Source: Macrostomum lignano
Lineage: Eukaryota
Length of the DNA stretch: 64,000 bases
Assembly (NCBI GenBank): GCA_002269645.1
Contig: NIVC01000480.1
Coordinates: 1-64,000 of the forward strand
Direction of reading: 5' to 3'
Shown: positions 52,556 through 63,670 of the stretch, in pieces
Layout: the number at the start of each line of letters is the position of its first letter
Numbering within the stretch: the stretch's first letter is position 1
The notes under the pieces: model-generated
What the model saw: only the letters and a program-made list of their open reading frames with translations
Told to the model about the DNA's origin: nothing
Databases searched by the model: none
Translations under genes and position numbers: made by a program

Positions 52556-53136
52556 ACCTTTTAAACTTTGTCCAACTCATAATAATCCAAGTTCCAACCA
52601 TTATTCCAACTCATAATGTGGTTACAAGTCAGAATAACGGTTGGAATATTCCGAGTAGGCCTATGTAAAGATTTAATTTAATAATTTAATTTAATTTAAT
52701 TTATAATTTAATATGTTGTAAGAGTCTAAATATCATTATGAATCTTATTCCAACTGATTATTAAATATATTGCAATGATTAAATGATACTTATAGTCAAT
52801 TATAATTGCAGTATAGCCTAGGCTATAAAATGAATAAATAATTAGTCAAAATAAGAGTCAGAATGATATTTTGACTCTAGCAATATATTTAACAATCAGC
52901 AAGAATTAAGAGTTGGAATAATATTCAGACTCTTGCAATGTATTAAATAATCAGTCAAAATAAAAGCCAGAATGATGTTTAGACTCTAATTGCAATATAT
53001 TAAATAATTAGTTGGAATTAGGCCTAAGAGTCATAATATTCCAACCATTATTCCCCTTATTCTGACTCATAATTTAACCATATCACAAGTTAAAATAATG
53101 GTTGGAATATTCCAAGTTGGACAAAGTTTAAAAGGT
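52556..53136. mobile_element. Foldback/palindromic non-autonomous element
   Basis: Perfect 22-bp inverted repeats ACCTTTTAAACTTTGTCCAACT and AGTTGGACAAAGTTTAAAAGGT, inverted internal sub-repeats, and a central palindrome TATAGCCTAGGCTATA. No clean TSD. Confidence 0.7.
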
Positions 53137-54494
53137 CCATATACCAAGACCACCACATTTAGGAAAACTAGGAGAGAAATTTGGCTCAATGTGTTATTAG
53201 GCTTAGATAGGCCTAGTGCTAGAGAGGAGATAGGCCTAAGTGGATAGAACTAGCAAGTAGCAAGACAAGGCTATGAGTAAGGAACCTATGAGAGAAATAG
53301 CAGTGCTAGAAGATTAGTAGCTCCCCCTCAATACCAGTAGCCAGTAATAGCTATGGTGTTCTTGGTATATGGTTGTTTTAGTCTTAGTCATGTGCCAATC
53401 TAGCTAAGCCTTTGTAATAATGTTTTTTTAAAAGAAATAGTAGGAGAGAGGCTAGGCATTCAAATGTTTCATTTCAATCTTTCAATCTTTAATGAAGGCA
53501 TGTTAGGCCTATATGGAATGGATATATATTATTTTAGGCCTAAGCTAGGACTAGACTAGGCCTAGGCTTTCCTTCTTTGATACTTAGGCCTAGTTTGATA
53601 TTTCTAATTAGTAGGCCTAGATAGGCCCCATAACATAGATAAACTAAGTGAGCTTACATAAATAAATAGACTATAAGAATCTTAATTTGCTTTGAATTTA
53701 AAAACCTTAATAACTTAATTAGGTCAAAAGCAAGACACTCCAATGCTAGATATAGCAATACCAAATATTTTAATACTAAGATAGTTTTCTATTGAAAGCA
53801 AGTAAAGCTTTTTCAAAAAAGAAAAATTGGAAAAATGTTTTTCTTTTTAAAGGTTAATACTTATATTTATTGTCTTTGTCTAGTCATTCAATATACTTGG
53901 TGATAGGTCTATAGGTGGCATAGTTTGCATGTTCTATTATACTTAGGATTTGTATGTCTAAGGGCAATATAACTTATAGTCTAGATCATGCTAGGTGCAC
54001 ACTTGAACAAAATTGAATAGTAATAAATAGATGCTAAAAAAGTTTAAATGCATACCCATACTCTCAAATCTAGACTAGTATTGCAAGAATAAATGACATT
54101 TTTGCTTTTTGAATGTTAATGACCTTTTTTGCATTGTATAAAAGACCCTTTTAACAGATAATTTGGTTGATCATTTTTCTTTCTTGCTTATTATATTATA
54201 TTTCTTGCTTATTACTATTTATAATTATATGGGGAATAGCTATACTCAAAAAACTATTTAAATACTTTATTATGAGCTCAAAATTGGAGAGCTTGAAATT
54301 AATGCTTGAAAATGACCTTTTAATCTTATTTTTCTATTTAACACTAACTTTTCTCCCTGATTCTATCAAGTACATGCCAGGAATGCGTGCACACTATTTT
54401 CTTTTGAGTCATGCATGTCAATTGTGCATGCTTAACTTTTGGCATGCAAGGCCAATGCATACCCATTTTTGGGCATGTACTACATAATGTAGAG

Positions 54495-54650
54495 CAGTAG
54501 TTCTCAACCTTTTTCAGGCAACCCTAATTTTTAATGTTTACAACCCCTTTTATAATCAATAAAATGCATCATTAAGTATGATATACTCATATTTCTTAGT
54601 GTTGCAACCCACAGAAAATGGTCATGCAACCCTCAGGTTGAGAACTACTA
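54495..54650. mobile_element. hAT-Charlie-type MITE (156 bp)
   Basis: TIRs CAGTAGTTCTCAACCT and AGGTTGAGAACTACT; TSD atgtagag/atctagag, matching the NTCTAGAN target preference of Charlie-type hATs. Confidence 0.85.
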
Positions 54651-55364
54651 ATCTAGAGTATAAGAGTATGGAATACAACTTCTTTGCCAAAGAGTAAGAA
54701 ATGGAAGGAAAAGGCATGGTTGCATTGGGGCGAGTTTAGATAGCAGCAAGAGCTGTGGGAATCAGCAAGTCCTTAACCCAATGTCACATTCAAGAAGGTA
54801 TACATTATGACAGATAATTCTAGTGCATATAAATAAAAAATGTGCTCAACTTTTTGATTTAGTGCATAGCAAAAGCTGATCAAAAAGATTTAGCTTATAA
54901 CAGGTTACCTAAAATGTATAATTTACATATACCCTACATGAAATATGTTTTAGACAATTTTTTCAAGGCATAGGCTAATTGATTAATGTATGTCAATTAG
55001 ATAATTTTGTCTTAGTAAAGTAAACAAATAGCTGAAATTTAAAATAGCACTTTATTGCAAAGTTTTAGCCTATATTTTTGATAATTTGCAATGTGAACTA
55101 AAATAAAATGGATTTTTAAATTTAAAAAGGTCTAAAAAGCAACAAAAATTGATTCATTGTTTTAATTTTTCATTTAATCTGAATTTTACTAGATTTCTTA
55201 GTATTACTGTGTACTAGTGCTCTATTATATTTATATGCTAATATTTCAATAAACAAAATGTAGGACTTGGTGCACAAATTTGTGCTTTAGCTCTATACAT
55301 AGCAGACTCTGAAATATGCTAAAATATATAGATATTTTAAAAATATTTTTAATATACTAAAAAA

Positions 55365-56240
55365 CAATCAGCCCTTAAATAAACAGGCTTAGCAATCAGC
55401 CCTCAAATCAATGGGCTGAACGATTTGCCCTCAAATAATCAGGCCTAACAATCGGCCCTCAAATAAACAGGCTGAACACTCAGCCTTCAAATAAACAGGC
55501 TGAACAATCGGCCTTCAAATAAACAGGTTGAACACTCGGCCTTCAAATAAACAGGCTGAACAATCTGCCTTCAAATAAAAAAGCTTAACAATCGGCCTTC
55601 AAATAAACGAACTGAACAATCGGCCTTCAAATAAACAGGCTTAACAATCGGCCTTCAAATAAACAGGCTGAACAATCGGCCCTCAAATAAACAGGCTGAA
55701 CAATCGGCCCTCAAATAAACAGGCTTAACAATCGGCCTTCAAATAAACAGGCTTAACAATCGGCCTTCAAATAAACAGGCTTAACAATCGGCCTTCAAAT
55801 AAACAGACTGAACAATCGGCCCTCGCATAATCAGGCTTAACAATCGGCCCTCAAATAAACAGGCTTAACAATCGGCCTTCAAATAAACAGGCTGAACACT
55901 CGGCCTTAAAATAAACAGGCCGTACAATCAGTCCTCAAATGAATGGGCTCAACAATCGGCCTTCAAAAAACAGGCTGAACAATCGGCCTTCAAATAAACA
56001 GGCTGAACAATCGGCCCTCAAATAAACAGGCTGAACAATCGGCCCTCAAATAAACAGGCTTAACAATCGGCCTTCAAATAAACAGGCTGAACACTCGGCC
56101 TTAAAATAAACAGGCTGAACACTCGGCCTTAAAATAACAGGCTGAACAATCGGCCTTCAAATAAACAGGCTGAACACTCGGCCTAAAAATAACAGGCTGA
56201 ACAATCGGCCTTCAAATAATCGGGCTTAACCATCGGCCCT
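55365..56240. repeat. 28-bp minisatellite AAATAAACAGGCTGAACAATCGGCCTTC
   Basis: About 30 units ending about 70 bp before the RRM gene ATG. Confidence 0.93.
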
Positions 56241-56312
56241 CAAACATTTCTGATTCAACAAATACCAGTGCAATAGCTTAAAAACAAGACAACAGTGTTC
56301 AAAAAGTTAAGC

Positions 56313-58832
56313 ATGGCTCAATACTCCGACACAAACTTAATTGTCAACTATCTACCCCAAGACATGACGGACGAACAATTAAGACAGATATTCGATAGCG
56401 AAGTACCCGGAGTTAAATCTGTAAAAATCTGTCGCAACAACGCCACAGGCTATAGCTACGGTTACGGATTTTGCGAATACGACACTCAAGAGCTGGCTAA
56501 CCAGGCCATTGCGGCTGTCAATCGCCGACAAGTTGGCAATAAAACGCTTAAAGTGGCATTTGCTCGATTGCGCAGCGATCAAACTAGAAATTGTAAGCTG
56601 CGCTTATCGAATCTGCCGTCTTGGCTGACTCAGGAAGCGCTGCAATCCGTGCTGGATCAATACGGATCGGTTATTAATTGCAAAGCGCTGCTAGATCCCA
56701 ATGGAGCTTGTCGGGGTGTGGGATTCTGTCTGTACGAGACCAGGTCGTCTGCCGAGCAGGCTATGAATTCGATGAATGGGAAACCCTGGCCTAACTCGGA
56801 CTCTTTGCCAATACAGGTGACACTAGTTCAATATTTATTAATAGCCGTTTTTTTTCTGCGAAACATAGAAAATATGATTCTGGTTGCTCTTTTAAATATG
56901 CATCTTTCCATTAGGGAGAGGTCTATTTCTGAGTTTTTCTGTCCTTCCCTATCTGTATTGTCTGTTTTTCCCTGTCTGTCTTGTCTGTTTTTCCCTGTCT
57001 GTCTTGTCTGTTTTTCCCTGTCTGTCTTGTCTGTCCTTCCCTGTCTGTCTTGTCTATCCTTCCCTGTCTGTCTTGTCTGTCCTTCCCTGTCTGTCTTGTC
57101 TATCCTTCCCTGTCTGTCTTGTCTGTTTTTCCCTGTCTGTCTTGCCTGTCCTTCCCTGTCTGTCTTTTCTGTCCTTCCCTGTCTGTCTTGTCTGTCTTTC
57201 CGTCTGTATTGTCTGTCCTTCCCTGTCTGTCTTGTCTGTCCTTCCCTGTCTGTCTTGTCTGTCCTTCCCTGTCTGTATTGTCTGTCCTTCCCTGTCTGTC
57301 TTGCCTGTCCTTCTCTGTCTGTCTTGTCTGTCCTTCCCTGTCTGTCTTGTCTATCCCTCCCTGTCTGGCTTGTCTATCCTTCCCTGTCTGTATTGTCTAT
57401 CCTTCCCTGTCTGTATTGTCTATCCTTCCCTGTCTGTATTGTCTATTTTCCCTGTCTGTCTTGTCTATCCTTCCCTGTCTGTCTTGTCTGTTTTCCCTGT
57501 CTGTATTGTCTGTTTTTCCCTGTCTGTCTTGTCTGTTTTTCCCTGTCTGTCTTGTCTGTCCTTCCCTGTCTGTCTTGTCTATCCTTCCCTGTCTGTCTTG
57601 TCTGTCCTTCCCTGTCTGTCTTGTCTATCCCTCCCTGTCTGGCTTGTCTATCCTTCCCTGTCTGTATTGTCTATCCTTCCCTGTCTGTCTTGTCTGTTTT
57701 CCCTGTCTGTCTTGCCTGTCCTTCTCTGTCTGTCTTGTCTGTCCTTCCCTGTCTGTCTTGTCTGTTTTCCCTGTCTGTCTTGCCTGTCCTTCTCTGTCTG
57801 TCTTGTCTGTCCTTCCCTGTCTGTCTTGTCTGTTTTCCCTGTCTGTCCTTCCCTGTCTGTCTTGTCTGTCCTTCCCTGTCTGTCTTGTCTGTTTTTCCCT
57901 GTCTGTCTTGCCTGTCCTTCCCTGTCTGTCTTTTCTGTCCTTCCCTGTCTGTCTTGTCTGTCTTTCCGTCTGTATTGTCTGTCCTTCCCTGTCTGTCTTG
58001 TCTGTCCTTCCCTGTCTGTCTTGTCTGTCCTTCCCTGTCTGTATTGTCTGTCCTTCCCTGTCTGTCCTGTCTGTTTTTCCCTGTCTGTCTTGCCTGTCCT
58101 TCCCTGTCTGTCTTGTCTGTCCTTCCCTGTCTGTCTTGTCTATCCTTTCGTCTGTCTTGTCTGTTTTTCCCTGTCTGTCTTGTCTGTCCTTCCCTGTCTG
58201 TCTTGTCTGTCCTTCCCTGTCTGTCTTGTCTATCCTTTCGTCTGTCTTGTCTGTTTTTCCCTGTCTGTCTTGTCTATCCTTTCGTCTGTCTTGTCTGTCT
58301 TTCCCTGACTGTCTTGCCTCTCCTTCCCTGTCTGTATTGTCTGTCTCGCCTCTTCTTCGTCTTCCTTTCCTGGCCTGTCATATTTCCTTGTGATTATCCT
58401 GCTGTCTGTTCTAGATAGTCCTAGACTGTTCTATTAGCTTTCCCTATCTGTACTCTGCCGCCAGGCCTTCAATATGTGTAATAATTCACACACATCTAAT
58501 TATCTCCCCAGGTTCGCTACGCCGATCAGAACGAGAAGAAGGTGCGGGCGCCACAAGCCGGGCACTACCAGCACCAGCACCAGCACCAGCCTCAGCACCA
58601 GCCGCCGCCTCCGCCGCAGATGCACCAGCAATCAATGAATTTTTATCATCATCCCGCAGCTTCTTATCATCGGCAGCCCCAGCCTTACGGTCACCACCCT
58701 CAGTATGTTCAGCAGCAGCCGCCGATGCCGCCTCAGCAGCAGCCTCATCATCATAATCAGCATTTCCATGGCGGGTTTCAGCATCCCGGCCACCAAGGAG
58801 CCTGGGGCTATAGTCAGCCTCGTTATTCATGA
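56313..58832 (+). CDS. Sex-lethal/ELAV-family RNA-binding protein: 2 RRMs + His/Gln/Pro/Tyr-rich tail (~274 aa)
   Basis: Exon 56313-56816 encodes TNLIVNYLPQDMTD, TGYSYGYGFCEY, LKVAFAR, LSNLP and RGVGFCLY. Intron 56817-58511 is GTGACA..CCCCAG. Exon 58512-58832 completes RRM2 (PIQ|VRYAD) and encodes the low-complexity tail. A possible upstream exon 52125-52188 is phase-compatible but weak. Confidence 0.88.
56935..58345. repeat. ~23-bp pyrimidine-rich minisatellite TTCCCTGTCTGTCTTGTCTGT(CC/TT)
   Basis: Fills the RRM gene intron. Confidence 0.94.
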
Positions 58833-58969
58833 TTTTAATGCCGCTTTAAATTCGTATATAAATATCTAATTTTAGCTACTGTAAGTAGTCACTGAGTTCC
58901 AAGAGTTTTAAATATTGTTTGCGAAAATTTCTTTAAACTAGCCTTCGGAGAATCAAGGTTAAAACGAAG

Positions 58970-59270
58970 TTTTCAAATCAGCTTTCAAATTATCAACTTT
59001 CAAATCAATCTTCAAATAATGAGCTTTCAAATCAATCTTCAAATAATCAGCTTTCAAATCGGCCTTCAAATAATCAGCTTTCAAATCGGCCTTATAAAAT
59101 CAAAAGTCGAATCAGATTCAAATAATCAATTTTCTATTCGGCCTTCTAAAAATCAAATGTCGAATCGGCCTTCAAATAATCAGCTTTCGAATCGGCCTTC
59201 AAATAATCAACTTTCTATTCGGCTTTTAAATAATCAGCTTTCAAATCGGCCTTCAAATAATCAACCAAAA
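58970..59270. repeat. ~27-bp degenerate minisatellite TTCAAATAATCAGCTTTCAAATCGGCC
   Basis: Shares ATCGGCCTTCAAATAA with the 55365-56240 array. Confidence 0.8.
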
Positions 59271-59584
59271 ATTGTCCTTGGGTACTCAATTTTGACACCA
59301 CGTCTATAAATCATGATTTTTAACAAATTAACTGCAAAAATTGACATGAAATTTTATGATTTTAATTGAAATCGTGTTTCCCTGTCGAAATATTTTTTTT
59401 CGGATGACTAAACTGTTTTTTATTCTTTCGAAGCGATCATAACTCTCTCGAAGCAATTCTTAGTTTGCAAAGCTGTTGCTGAAAGTTTGTAACCCTCTGA
59501 GGATAATGTTTTGAACTGAAAATGCGATTTAACTCTGATTGATTTTTACTTTTTCTTGCAACGTTTAATGAAGTTCTAAGCTAT

Positions 59585-60242
59585 TCTCACCGTCTGTCTC
59601 ACCCTAATTCTCACCGTCTATCTCACTCTAATTCTCACCATCTATCTCACCGGTTATCTCACCCTAATTCTCACCGTCTATCTCACCCTAATCTCACTAT
59701 CTATCTCACCCTAATTCTCACCGTCTATCTCACCATCTATCTCACCGGTTATCTCACCCTAATTCTCACCGTCTATCTCACCCTAATCTCACTATCTATC
59801 TCACCCTAATTCTCACCGTCTATCTCACCATCTATCTCACCGGTTATCTCACCCTAATTCTCACCGTCTATCTCACCCTAATCTCACTATCTATCTCACA
59901 TTAATTCTCACCGTCTATCTCACCCTAATCTCCCCTAATTCTCACCGTCTATCTCACCGTCCATCTCACTATCTATCTCACCCTAATTCTTACCGTCTAT
60001 CTCACCGTCCATCTCACTATCTATTTCACCCTAATTCTCACCGTCTATCTCACCGTCCATCTCACTATCTATCTCACCCTAATTCTCACCGTCTATCTCA
60101 CCATCTATCTCATCGGTTATCTCACCCTAATTCTCACCGTCTATCTCACCATCTATCTCATCGGTTATCTCACCCTAATTCTTACCGTCTATCTCACCAT
60201 CTATCTCACCGGTTATCTCACCCTAATTCTCACTATCTATCT
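59585..60242. repeat. 12/24-bp minisatellite CTCACCGTCTAT-CTCACCCTAATT
   Basis: Direct reading. Confidence 0.92.
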
Positions 60243-61079
60243 CTAGCACTGAAGTCTTTCTCTTAAGTAAATTCTAAAACTCTCGGTACCAATAGTAAGG
60301 TTTTTATTTGCCTTCAAATGGTTAATAGAACCAGTAGACAGAATTAATGCAATTGAAAATTAGAATTGGTAAAAAACGTATAAAACGGGTTAAATAAATA
60401 ATTTGTGCTTGCAACTGACTGCGCTAGTCTACCTATTGAACGTCACTTATAAATGTTTGACTTCTTCGCATTGTTAAGAATTTTAGGTGCAAAAATATGT
60501 CTCAAATTTTTCCTTCTGTTTGAATGGCATTCCATTACGAATAGGCTATGGCCATGTACCTGTGTACATATTTGCAATTATTATAAATATGCCGTGTGTC
60601 TGATGCTGCTCTATGAACGCCTTCCATTTGAATATAAGTAGTATATACATATAATATTCCAGTTTGTGATCACTAATATTAATTAATTGGCACATTATAT
60701 AATGTTATCGAAATTATTGTACAAATGTGTGTAAAATACAAAGTTTTTAATGAGTAATATCAAGTGATGAAATAACAATTGTGAAGTTTGTTGCAATTTT
60801 ATTTGTTTTAATGCTTGCTTCAATTTAGTTTCTTTTTCTAGGAAAATCTATCGAAATTTTCATAACGGAAGCAGTATGCATTTAATGTGTTTCAAATTGT
60901 TTTTAATATAAAGCTCTTCTTTGCTATTGATAGTAGGATAGTAGGGCAAATAGCAATTAGAAAGCAAATTTGAAGGAGTTGTTACATTTTATATGACAAG
61001 AATTGGGCTGTTGTAAGTACGTGCTAATTAAATTAATATTGTGTAGCAAAATAGGTTGATTTACTGCTTCACTCTTTTC

Positions 61080-61670
61080 TGCTTTCCCTCTGTCTCACCC
61101 TCTCCCCTGCCTTCCCCTCTGTCTCACCCTCTTCCCTGCCTTCCTTTATGTGTCTCACCCTCTCCCCTGCCTTCCTCTATGTCTCACCCTCTCCCCTGCC
61201 TCCCCCTCTGTCTCACCCTCTCCCCTGCCTTCCACTCTGTCTCACCCTCTCCCTTGCCTCCCCCGTCTGTCTCACCCTCTCCCCTGCCTTCCCCGTGTTT
61301 CACCCTCTCCTCTGCCTTCACCCTCTGTCTCACCCTCTCCCTTGCCTCCCCCGTCTGTCTCACCCTCTCCCCTGCCTTCCCCCTGTGTTTCACCCTCTCC
61401 CCTGCCTTCACCCTCTGTCTCACCCTCTCCCCCGCCTTCCCCTCTGTCTCACCCTCTCCTCTGGCTTCCCCTCTGTCTCGCCCTCTTCGCCTTCCCCTCT
61501 ATCTCACCCTCTACCCTGCCTTCCCCCTCTGTCTCACCCTCTCCCCTGCCTTCCCCTCTGTCTCACCCTCTCCCCTGCCTTCCCCCTCTGTCTCACACTC
61601 TCCCCTGCCTTCCCCTCTGTCTCTCCCTCTCCCCTGCCTTCCCCTCTGTCTCTCCCTCACCCTAACCCTC
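61080..61670. repeat. 29-bp pyrimidine minisatellite CTTCCCCTCTGTCTCACCCTCTCCCCTGC
   Basis: Direct reading. Confidence 0.92.
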
Positions 61671-61839
61671 GTCTGCCTTCCCCTTGACTCGCCTCTTACC
61701 TGCACGATTTCTAAAAGCTTCATGTAAAAGATTTGTTTACAAAATGGGAGAGCCAAAGCTGAAACATAATTTTCCATAGCAAGTGGCATCACAACAATAA
61801 GTCAATATTCTGTTAAAGACTGTCCATCCATTCCGTCCT

Positions 61840-63182
61840 TCACTTGCTGTTGCCATTAACCGTTACGGGGAAGTTGCTGAGATCCACGAGACGCATCGTC
61901 TGGTCTTCGAGTATTTCAACTCGGCCAGCGAAAAAATATTCCACTAGCAATTGCATCACTGAATAGCACAACTGGTACTCAATCTGCAATGTGTGTTGAA
62001 ATGCAAATCAGATTTGAAGTTGCTCATTATAGTCTTTGCTTCGGTTTTGTAGACTATTTTAGCGCCACATGGGGCTTTTTAGCGCCACTGAGACATACTT
62101 GGCGCCATTTTAGCGCCGCTGAGACAATTTTGGCGCCATTTAAGAATGCAACATATTCGCGCTTCTCCACCTGTAGTTTATTATTATTAGAGGCAGGGGG
62201 GTTGTGTGCACCCTGGCGCACTTTAAGCGACATAGGCACACAACCGGCGAGAGGCATTACTGCCCATTCCGCCGACTCCCCTGAGCAGGCATACAAGCGC
62301 GGATACGTACGCAGGCACACACTCACACAGGAGTGTACAGCGGCCCTAACTTTATATTATCTTTAGGCATGTACACTTCACTGCGCCTTGGGGGCTTGGC
62401 TCTCAAGGCCGTTAATTGCACGAGCAGAGCCAAGCCGAGATTCCAATTCAGCCCCAAATTAATGTGGCTGCACTTGGAATCGAGCCTGGGTCGCTGGCAC
62501 ACCAGAGCAGCTGCGCTACCGCTGGGCTACGGCCCCCCTTCAACCTGTAGTACCTGCATACAGAATGCATCTTGCTTTGCTAAGCGCTCACCAAGCTGTC
62601 AATCAACTGCGGCCGGTTTCTGCGCACTTTCTCCACAGCCCTGAAGATGTCAATCTCGCCTTCGTACCGCATCTTGTCCATTGACATGTGCAGCACGCAG
62701 AAGACGCCGCAACGAGACACTCCGTTGCTTAAAAAATGGGAATGAGCTTTCCGTTGTAAAAAAGTACTAAAAAACTCAACGTCCCTATGCTACTAATAAG
62801 TAGTGAAAGGGTAGTTTTAAAAAAACTATTTGGAGTACGAGATTTTCTCCCAGCGCGTCTTTCCATTCAGACACTGCAGAGAGTTCTTTATTGCGTTTAT
62901 CAAAAAACCGATTAAAAAATGTCTACTTTTCTACTATAATAAGTAGCAATATTAGGCCATGGCTTACTCGCTGACAACCAGAATCGGGCTGACGCTTGAC
63001 AGGCGACAATTTGCCAGCTCGGCGATGCAGGCGATCTCAAGTAAGCCGTGGTTGGCTGATGGCGATCTGTGGCCTCGCTGCCAGCAGCTCTTCAAGTACA
63101 GCAGCAGCAGCGGCCGCGCCTGACGGTGACTCTCCGCGATGTCGGTTGCGGCGGCTGCGGTAGACACCCTTGATGAGGTCGT
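61840..63182 (-). CDS. 3' end of receptor-type protein tyrosine phosphatase (catalytically dead D2-like domain); gene continues beyond the window
   Basis: Exons 63182-62968, 62727-62592 and 61983-61840 join in phase: ..CWQRG..SPILVVS|DNGVSRCGVFCVLHMSMDKMRYEGEIDIFRAVEKVRRNRPQLIDSL|IEYQLCYSVM..stop. Confidence 0.85.
62178..62538 (-). mobile_element. tRNA-derived SINE (second family) in the last PTP intron
   Basis: The minus strand begins GGGGGGCCGTAGCCCAGCGGTAGCG (A box), has GGCTCGATTCC (B box) and ends in (TAA)n. Confidence 0.75.
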
Positions 63183-63237
63183 CTGTTATCGGTGGATGGT
63201 TTTCAGTACAGTTTACAAGTAACTGTAATTCTCTTTA

Positions 63238-63670
63238 ATGTCTAGGGTTGCTGTCATGTGCAACCCAGATCTGAATTGTCTAGGGTTGCTGTCATGTGCA
63301 ACCCAGATCTGAATTGTCTAGGGTTGCTGTCATCTGCAACCCAGATCTGAATTGTCTAGGGTTGCTGTCATGTGCAACCCAGATCTGAATTGTCTAGGGT
63401 TGCTGTCATGTGCAACCCAGATCTGAATTGTCTAGGGTTGCTGTCATGTGCAACCCAGATCTGAATTGTCTAGGGTTGCTGTCATCTGCAACCCAGATCT
63501 GAATTGTCTAGGGTTGCTGTCATGTGCAACCCAGATCTGAATTGTCTAGGGTTGCTGTCAGAAGTGCAACCCAGATCTGAATTATCTAGGGTTGCTGTCA
63601 GAAGTGCAACCCAGATCTGAATTATCTAGGGTTGCTGTTAGATGTGCAACCCTGATTTTGAATTGTCTAG
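63238..63670. repeat. 38-bp minisatellite GAATTGTCTAGGGTTGCTGTCATGTGCAACCCAGATCT with internal hairpin
   Basis: About 11 units, each containing GGGTTGC-N8-GCAACCC; lies in a PTP intron. Confidence 0.93.

Noticed and set aside
54167-54487. Hydrophobic 106-aa ORF and other short AT-rich ORFs in 49.4-55 kb and 59-61 kb
   Set aside because: They have non-ATG or weak starts, low-complexity AT-rich composition and no motifs.
56295-58418. 707-aa ORF (RRMs plus Cys/Leu-rich tail)
   Set aside because: It reads through an intron. Splicing 56816 to 58512 restores the last strand of RRM2, and the tail is a minisatellite translation.
63238-63670. CRISPR-like palindromic 38-bp repeats
   Set aside because: The units are head-to-tail with no unique spacers, there are no cas genes, and the context is a eukaryotic intron.
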